From: Eledone cirrhosa
Taxonomy: Eukaryota
Assembly (NCBI GenBank): GCA_964016885.1
Contig: CAXHJY010001456.1
Location: 30,963-94,962 of the forward strand
Reading direction: 5' to 3'
DNA: 64,000 nt
Within the stretch, counting starts at the first letter, position 1; the number at the start of each line of letters is the position of its first letter. The notes beneath the pieces were generated by a model, which searched no databases, was not told where the DNA came from, and saw nothing but the letters and a program-made list of their open reading frames with translations. Positions 56,182 through 64,000 of the stretch are shown here, piece after piece. Made by a program: the position numbers and the translations under genes.

Positions 56182-59100
56182 TCAGGATTTGGGCACCATG
56201 GCCCATTCGAGAAGAGAATTACTGTTTGCGGAGACATATCCGGGTGTGGGTGGTTTGTCCGGGATTACTTGGAGGAATTTGTCCAAAGACTTCTTGAATT
56301 TTGTGTGGTCAGTTTCTGTTTTGACGTGTCCTGGTGTGATGTTGAAGAGAGCAGGGCCGATTGGGGTGAAATAATTGTGCCGTATTGTTGTTATGAGTTG
56401 CGATTTAGATTTTTGAATGGGACGGATAGCACGGGGCCCAAGCCTTGGGTGTATCTTGAAGGCGATGCCAACATCATTTGGGCAGTGATGATGGAACATT
56501 TTCCACATCATGCAGATAATATAACGCTCACGGCGACGTTGGAGTGAGTAAAGTTTCAGGTTTTCCAATCGACCCCAGTAGTCAAGGTCTGACATGCCAT
56601 CTATCTTTTTCGTGATTGCCCTTTGAGGAGCTTCAAGTTTCATGATACTTTGTTTCGTGTGGGGAGACCACAGTGGACAACAGTATTCAAGGTGTGGTCG
56701 GGCGAAAGTAGAGAAGAGAAGGATAATGGTGCGGGAATCTCTCGACTGGAAGGTTCTGAGGATCCAGGAACACATTCTGCGGGCCATGTCAACTTTGCTG
56801 CTTATATGCGTGGTCCAGCTTATGTTGCTGTCCACGGTTACTCCCAAGTCTCTGATGTTGTTAGATGCCACGAGAGTTTCCCCGGAGGGAAGGGAGTACG
56901 GGAGTTTCAGAGCATCCTCTTTTCCAAAGTGGATCAGTTCGAATTTGTCTTCGTTCAGTAACATGTTGTTCTTTTCTGCCCATTGGGTAACAGCCAGTAT
57001 GTCTGACTGAAGGCTTATCCGGTCATCCACGCCATTGATGGCCTTTTGGAGCTTGGAATCATCAGCGAAAATTTTCATGTTGCTGTGTTTGATGATGTCA
57101 GTGATGTCATTAATATAGATGATGAAGAGAAGTGGGCCCAACACAGTGCCTTGTGGGACCCCACTACTGACTTTGGCTGGGCTTGATTTGACTCCCTCAA
57201 CTACAACATGTTGGGTTCTGTTTGACAGGAAGCTCTTGATCCACTGCAGCAGCTTTCCAGTGACACCAATATTGGACAGCTTTCGCAGTAGAATGTTATG
57301 ATCAACCCTGTCAAAGGCCTTGCTGAAATCAAGGTAGATAACATCAGTGTTGGAACCCTCTCCCAAGGCTCTCAAAATGTCATCAAAGTGATGCAGTAGC
57401 TGCGTCAGGCAATCCCTTCCATTACGGAATCCATGCTGGTTGGAGTTCAGCATATTGTTACTCTCAAGGAAGTGGGTCATTCGCGATCTCACCACTCGCT
57501 CAAATACCTTAATGATATGAGAGGTGAGTGAGATTGGACGGTAATTCACGGCAAGGGATTTGTTTCCCTTTTTGAAAACTGGGACAACAGACTGGGATAG
57601 AAGGTTTTCTGGCACATATCCAGCATCCAGTGAGTTCCGCGAAAGATTGGCAAGAGGAGATGCAAGTTGGTGTTGACACGCCTTCAAGACACAAGCAGGG
57701 AACCTATCGGGACCTACTGCTGAATTATGCTTGATTTCCTTTATTGCCGCCAAGACATCAGGGGCGCCAAACGTTATGTCCGATAAGGTGTAATGGGGAG
57801 TAACATCGCCGATACAGCCCAGATCGGCCATATTAGGATTGCTGAAAACAGAGCAGTATTGTTTCTGCAGTATCTCACCCATGGTTTTAGCATTGTCTTG
57901 AAGAGTGCCATTTTCATCAATTAGAGGGCCAACAGTAGAGCCAGTGATTTTGTGTTTTTTTGCAAATGAAAAGAACACTTTGGGATTGAGTTTGATCTTC
58001 TCAATGGCCCAGGCCTCTTCAGCTCTTCTCTGATTGTTGATGAGGGACATTATGTTGTTTTGGAGGTTATGTTTTTTAATCTCTAGTGATGAAATGGCAG
58101 TCAAGTTGATGTGTTGCTGCTGACAGTATTTCAGATTCTTGATTTTTTTGTTCGTTCTCTTAATTTTTCTGATGAGCGTTTTTCTATTTCTAGGGATTCT
58201 GCTCTTAGATTTGTTTATAGTTCTTAATGGGGTGTGTTTAGCACATATGTTTGTAACAGTGTCCACAAATGTCTGCCAGGACTTTTTGATGTTAGTGGGT
58301 GTATGAGTGTGCGTGAAGGACCAGTCGACATGTGCAAGATCATGACTGATCGCTTCCCAGTTTGCATTGTGGAAATCCATAGCGTCAAACGGATCGACAG
58401 GAGAGATGACATTGGGTTTGTATATTGGACGGTGGAATCTCAGATCACAGAGAACCATGTCATGATCAGAGAGTAGAGTTTTCTCCACTGCAATATTGTG
58501 GATATTGTCAGTGTTATTGCTGAAAATTAAGTCTAGGACGTTTTTGTGGCACCTCGTTGGTTCGAGCACCAGTTGAGATAGGAAGAAATCATCCATGAAG
58601 TCAAGAAGCGATTCCACAGCTTCCCTGTCAGAGGTTGAGGCAGAAGAACCTGGTGGCAGGCTGTTTGTGGACCAGTCAACTCCGGGGAGGTTGAAGTCCC
58701 CCATCATTAAGATGTTGTCATGGTGACACTCTTGGATGAAACACTTTATGCTGTTGAGGCATTCCTTGAAGCATGGTACAGGCGTTTGGGGTGGCCTATA
58801 GAGCCCAACTACTAATAGGTTGTTGGTTTGACTGAATACAGTGACTGCTTCACAGTATCCATTAGTGAATATGTTCATAGCCTCTGTTGAGAAAGAATTA
58901 TGGACATAAATGGCAGTTCCGCCCTTTCTTCTGCCAGCGCGATCAGCACGGATGGCCTTGAAATTTTTCACTTTCACCTCGGCTTCCAAGTGGAGGTTAC
59001 TGAGATGGGTTTCAGTGAGGACGAAGAAAGGGATGTGGTTTGGATGGACATCAATCCAGTCCTCTAGGAATTTGATCTTCCATTTTTGAGTATTGGTGGA

Positions 59101-59202
59101 AGGGCTGATGCCTTGGGCGTTAAGCAAAAATGTAGAGGCGAGAGTGGATGGTTTTAATTGTTTTGGTGTGTTGTTAATTTGTTTGTTTGTTAATGGCAGC
59201 AA
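56182..59202 (-). CDS. LINE ORF2: AP endonuclease plus reverse transcriptase (~1000 aa)
   Basis: [61 protein letters not shown] and DLGV, with no stops. Confidence 0.95.
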   Translation of the reverse strand: MLPLTNKQINNTPKQLKPSTLASTFLLNAQGISPSTNTQKWKIKFLEDWIDVHPNHIPFFVLTETHLSNLHLEAEVKVKNFKAIRADRAGRRKGGTAIYVHNSFSTEAMNIFTNGYCEAVTVFSQTNNLLVVGLYRPPQTPVPCFKECLNSIKCFIQECHHDNILMMGDFNLPGVDWSTNSLPPGSSASTSDREAVESLLDFMDDFFLSQLVLEPTRCHKNVLDLIFSNNTDNIHNIAVEKTLLSDHDMVLCDLRFHRPIYKPNVISPVDPFDAMDFHNANWEAISHDLAHVDWSFTHTHTPTNIKKSWQTFVDTVTNICAKHTPLRTINKSKSRIPRNRKTLIRKIKRTNKKIKNLKYCQQQHINLTAISSLEIKKHNLQNNIMSLINNQRRAEEAWAIEKIKLNPKVFFSFAKKHKITGSTVGPLIDENGTLQDNAKTMGEILQKQYCSVFSNPNMADLGCIGDVTPHYTLSDITFGAPDVLAAIKEIKHNSAVGPDRFPACVLKACQHQLASPLANLSRNSLDAGYVPENLLSQSVVPVFKKGNKSLAVNYRPISLTSHIIKVFERVVRSRMTHFLESNNMLNSNQHGFRNGRDCLTQLLHHFDDILRALGEGSNTDVIYLDFSKAFDRVDHNILLRKLSNIGVTGKLLQWIKSFLSNRTQHVVVEGVKSSPAKVSSGVPQGTVLGPLLFIIYINDITDIIKHSNMKIFADDSKLQKAINGVDDRISLQSDILAVTQWAEKNNMLLNEDKFELIHFGKEDALKLPYSLPSGETLVASNNIRDLGVTVDSNISWTTHISSKVDMARRMCSWILRTFQSRDSRTIILLFSTFARPHLEYCCPLWSPHTKQSIMKLEAPQRAITKKIDGMSDLDYWGRLENLKLYSLQRRRERYIICMMWKMFHHHCPNDVGIAFKIHPRLGPRAIRPIQKSKSQLITTIRHNYFTPIGPALFNITPGHVKTETDHTKFKKSLDKFLQVIPDKPPTPGYVSANSNSLLEWAMVPKS

Positions 59203-59500
59203 TGGGAGTTTGTGCAGTGGGGTGATAGTGGAGGGTGGTGCTGGGTGATAGCTCGAATGTTTTTTTCCAGTTCTTTTGCCAGATTCATTATGGCTAAAAA
59301 AGAGGAAGAAGTTTCCTGTTTAGAAGACTGTTGGTGACTGTGGTAGTGGTTATTTTTATGTAGGTTATGGTTTTTGTTTTTGCTTTTATTTATAATTTTA
59401 TTTTCATTTGTCCGACGGGTCCCCGGGAGATGGGTAAAGGGACAATCCCGGTCTAAACACAATCTGTCTCGCAGGGAAAAACGGCAGATTTGTGGATTCC
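59190..59500 (-). CDS. LINE ORF1 C-terminal remnant with a CCCH zinc finger
   Basis: PQICRFSLRDRLCLDRDCPFTHLPGTRR (C-x8-C-x4-C-x3-H). The stop at 59190 overlaps the ORF2 frame. Confidence 0.7.
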
Positions 59501-59789
59501 TTGTTTGAGTTATTGGTGGTTGTGTTGGTGTTAAATTAGAGTATGTATTATGGTGGTGGCTGTTTGTGGGGATAGATCGTTTTGTCCTAGGTAAATGGGT
59601 GAATTTGCAGCCACTATCCGTACATATTCTATAGCGTAGAGAGTAGCGGCAAATGATGGGGTTTCGAGTGGGTGGGTATGTGGGTGTGTGTGTTGTGAGA
59701 GGTGTAGATGATGGTTTGGGTAGGATTTGACGACCTTTGTGGACTGTGGGAGGGAGAGTTCTTGTTCTGGTATTAGAAGGTAAATTCTA

Positions 59790-59885
59790 ATACATATATA
59801 TATATACATATATATACACACACACATATATATATATATATACATATATATACACACACACATATATATATATATACATATATAT

Positions 59886-59924
<39 letters not shown>

Positions 59925-60015
59925 TATACACACACATATATGTATATATATATATATATATACATATATATACACACATATATATGTATATATATATATA
60001 TATATACATATATAT

Positions 60016-60054
<39 letters not shown>

Positions 60055-60057
60055 TAT

Positions 60058-60094
<37 letters not shown>

Positions 60095-60097
60095 TAT

Positions 60098-60136
<39 letters not shown>

Positions 60137-60139
60137 TAT

Positions 60140-60178
<39 letters not shown>

Positions 60179-60219
60179 TATACACACATATATATATATA
60201 TATATATATACATATATAT

Positions 60220-60256
<37 letters not shown>

Positions 60257-60259
60257 TAT

Positions 60260-60298
<39 letters not shown>

Positions 60299-60361
60299 TA
60301 TACACACATATATATATATATACATATATATACACACATATATATATATATACATATATAT

Positions 60362-60402
<41 letters not shown>

Positions 60403-60533
60403 TATACACACATATATATATATATATATATATACATATATATACACACATATATATATATATATATACATATATACATATATATACACACATATATATA
60501 TATATATATACATATATACATATATATACACAC

Positions 60534-60564
<31 letters not shown>

Positions 60565-60567
60565 CAC

Positions 60568-60634
<67 letters not shown>

Positions 60635-60672
60635 TATATATATATATACACATATATATATATATATACACA

Positions 60673-60708
<36 letters not shown>

Positions 60709-60712
60709 CACA

Positions 60713-60794
<82 letters not shown>

Positions 60795-60795
60795 A

Positions 60796-60830
<35 letters not shown>

Positions 60831-60969
60831 GATAGATATATATACACACATATAATATATATATATATATATACACACATATAATAAATATATACATATA
60901 TATACACACACATATATATATATATATATATACATATATAACCACATATATATATATATACATATATAT

Positions 60970-61006
<37 letters not shown>

Positions 61007-61077
61007 TATACACACATATATATATATATACATATATATACACACATATATATATATATATATATATACATATATAT

Positions 61078-61118
<41 letters not shown>

Positions 61119-61510
61119 TACATCTCTATATATATATATATATATCCATAATACATATATATATATACATATATATACATATATATATACATCTACATCT
61201 CTATATATATATATATATATCCATACATATATATATATACATATATATACATATACATACATACATATATATATATACATATATATACATATACATACAT
61301 ACATATATATATATATACATATATATACATATATATATATACATATATATATATATACATATACATACATATATATATATACATATATATATATATACAT
61401 ATACATACATATATATATACATATACATATATATACATATACATACATATATATATACATATACATATATATACATATACATACATATATATATATATAT
61501 ATATCTATAT
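59790..61510. repeat. (TA)/(CA) compound microsatellite
   Basis: Direct reading. It continues at 61940-62585. Confidence 0.98.
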
Positions 61511-61938
61511 CTAAGGCGGGTTAAATTCCCGAGATCCATGGACGAGTTCTCTCCAGCGGTCTCTGTCCATTATCGCTGCCATGTCCTGCATCTCCAACAG
61601 ACCAGTGTCTGTCCTTAGGGCATCAACATATGTTAACCTTGGTCTTCCACTTCTAGTGTGTCCATGTAGGGGCTCCCAAAGGAGCACTGAGTGCAATGTC
61701 AACTCTGGATGTCGGTGAGCATGTCCAGCCAACCTCAGTCTTCTGTGTCACATTTGAGCTGACTTTTTGAGATGATGTGGTTGAGAGGAAGAGCAAGGCC
61801 TGGGCGGCGTGTCACAGCTTGAGATCGGTGTGGAAGTCGGACCTTCGTAGAGACCTGAAAATCCGCCTCTTCATTGCTGTAGTGGAGTCTGTGCTGCTGT
61901 ATGGGTCTGAGACTTGGACACTGACCAAGAGACTCACT
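61511..61938. mobile_element. Second RTE-like family: 3' fragment with an inverted 5' part
   Basis: Minus 61511-~61750 reads LAGHAHRHPE..LLWEP.HG..GRPRLTYVD..DRDRWR. Plus ~61775-61938 reads [28 protein letters not shown]. Confidence 0.85.
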
Positions 61939-62584
61939 CAGATATATATATACATATATACATATATACATACATACATATATACATACATACATACATA
62001 TATACATACGTACATATATATATACATACATATATATATACATACATATATATATACATACATATATATACATATATATATACATACATATATATACACA
62101 TACATATACATACATATATATATACATACATATATATATACATATATATATACATACATATATATATACATACATATATATATACATATATATATACATA
62201 CATATATATATACATATATATATACATACATATATATATATATACATACATATATATATACATACATATATATATACATACATATATATATACATACATA
62301 TATATATACATACATATATATATACATACATACATACATACATATATACATACATATATACATACATACATATATATATACATACATACATATATACATA
62401 CATACATATATATATACATACATATATATATACATACATATATATATACATACATATATATATACATACATACATATATATATACATACATATATATATA
62501 CATACATATATATATACATACATATATATATACATACATATATATATACATACATATATATATATATACATACATATATATATA

Positions 62585-64000
62585 CATCATCATCATCATC
62601 ATCAACGTTTAACGTCCGTGTTCCACGCTTGCATGGGTTTGGACGGGGGTAGTCCCACTTGAGGCAAGAGTGATTGTCTTGCTCGCATAGAACTGTCTGG
62701 CAGGTTTTCTACAGTTGGATGCCCTTCCTAACACCAACCACATTTACAGTGTGGGTCTGGGAGGTTTTTACCGTGTTGCCTACACGGCCACATTACAGCG
62801 TGGACTGTGTGTTTTTTTGTCGTGGTGTTTTTTTGTCGTGACACCTACACGATCTCATTTGTTTCGGCCTGGATGGCGCGGCACCAACATAACTTTACAT
62901 AGAACGGGGTGGTGTGGATGGGGTGGGGGTGGCGGCGGGAGGGGTGTATTTTGTTAGAGATGCCTACTGGCAAGGCGGGTCTTCTCTGTTACTGAGTACC
63001 GCCAAAGGTCACGGTCCAGTGACATTGTCTTGGAGAGGTGTAAGTGTGTGAGGTCGGAGTTTATCAGCTCATCCCATGTTTTTCTAGGTCTGCCTATTCC
63101 GTGGCAACCGTCTATCTTTATTGCCCTGCACTTTGTAATACAGCTATCGACTTTCATGCGCATCACGTGTCCATACCAACGCAGCCTTCTCTCGAGTAAA
63201 CAACATCTGATCCCTCTTATCTCTAATTTTTTCCTTAGTTCGTTTATGCTTTGCCGTTCACGTATATTACTGTTACACATCCAGCGGAGCATGCAAGCTT
63301 CATTCCTCTCTAGTCTGCGTATATCCTCTGCACACAATGCCCAGGTCTCACTACCATGCAACATTGCTGTTCGTATGCAGGCATCGTACAACCTGCCTTT
63401 CATTTTTAGGGAGAACCCTTTAGCAGCTAATAGTGGTATAAGCTCTCTGAACTTTTTCCAACCAGTTCTGACTCTAGCTACAGTACTTTCAGAGCACCCT
63501 CCCCCACTGCTGATTTTATCGCCCAGGTAACGGAAGCTGTCCACTATTTCTATAAAACCCTCTGCGCAATTGAAAGAGCTAGTATTTTGTGGGCACTTGC
63601 TGCTACTTATTGCACCAGAACACCGGCCACATGTAAAGTCTATGTTCTTAGTTAGCTTACCTGTGATCCCACTACATCTTTTATGCACCCATACTTTGCA
63701 TTTAGGACATAAGATGGAGTTTCTACCTACGCCTTTCCTACATACCGAGCACGACCATTTCCCAGAAGGGACCGCCGCCTTGTTTTCTTTCCTACAAACT
63801 AGAACTTTGGTCTTAGCCAGGTTAATTTTAAGTCCTTTTGACTCTAGGCCGTGCTTCCATGTTTGGAATTTCTTCTCTAGCTCGGCCATTGATTCCGCTA
63901 TGAGTGTCAGGTCGTCTGCGTATAGGAGTTCCCATGGGCAGCCTGTCTTGAACTCCTCTGTTATAGCCTGAAGGGCAATAATAAATAGTAGGGGGCTGAG
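62585..64000 (-). mobile_element. RTE-clade LINE 3' part (continues beyond the window) with (GAT)n tail
   Basis: PWELLYADDL near 63910-63940, an open frame to 62954, and a 3' UTR shared with the 45485 copy and the SINE. Confidence 0.95.
62954..64000 (-). CDS. RTE ORF C-terminal part: RT with a PHD-like Cys-rich insert
   Basis: YADD, GLKINLAKTKV, CSVC..CPKC..WVH.RC..CGRC, FRYLG and MLHGSETW. Confidence 0.9.
   Translation of the reverse strand, partial: LSPLLFIIALQAITEEFKTGCPWELLYADDLTLIAESMAELEKKFQTWKHGLESKGLKINLAKTKVLVCRKENKAAVPSGKWSCSVCRKGVGRNSILCPKCKVWVHKRCSGITGKLTKNIDFTCGRCSGAISSSKCPQNTSSFNCAEGFIEIVDSFRYLGDKISSGGGCSESTVARVRTGWKKFRELIPLLAAKGFSLKMKGRLYDACIRTAMLHGSETWALCAEDIRRLERNEACMLRWMCNSNIRERQSINELRKKLEIRGIRCCLLERRLRWYGHVMRMKVDSCITKCRAIKIDGCHGIGRPRKTWDELINSDLTHLHLSKTMSLDRDLWRYSVTEKTRLASRHL

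Larger units (their letters stand above)
56095..59790 (-). mobile_element. CR1/L2-group LINE with uninterrupted ORF2, partial ORF1 and a tandem-repeat 3' tail
   Basis: APE plus RT ORF. The 3' end is (TTCAAAGTTA)x2, and it is microsatellite-flanked. Confidence 0.9.

Overview
AT-rich eukaryotic (animal) DNA made almost entirely of repeats. The RTE LINEs with (GAT)n tails, the tRNA/CORE-type SINE and the very long (TA)n tracts suggest a cephalopod mollusc (inference only). I found no clear intact host gene. The window contains: three distinct GIY-YIG Penelope-like retroelements (PLEs), one as a large inverted duplication; a decayed Ty3/Gypsy element nested in an RTE fragment; several RTE fragments; a CR1/L2-like LINE with an uninterrupted ~1000-aa ORF2; a ~875-bp satellite related to a foldback element; a 3-kb degenerate hexamer tract; and many kb of (TA)n/(TACA)n microsatellite. 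The most notable signal is non-coding. Nearly every short 'unique' island inside the (TA)n tracts carries a type I hammerhead ribozyme (HHR) motif. I read about 20 copies in about 10 sequence families, arranged as tandem or inverted units resembling PLE pseudo-LTRs or retrozymes, and several share non-canonical features. The CR1-like ORF2 also appears to lack an upstream AUG and has in-register -1 slippery heptamers. All RNA folds were assigned by eye, and element boundaries are approximate.
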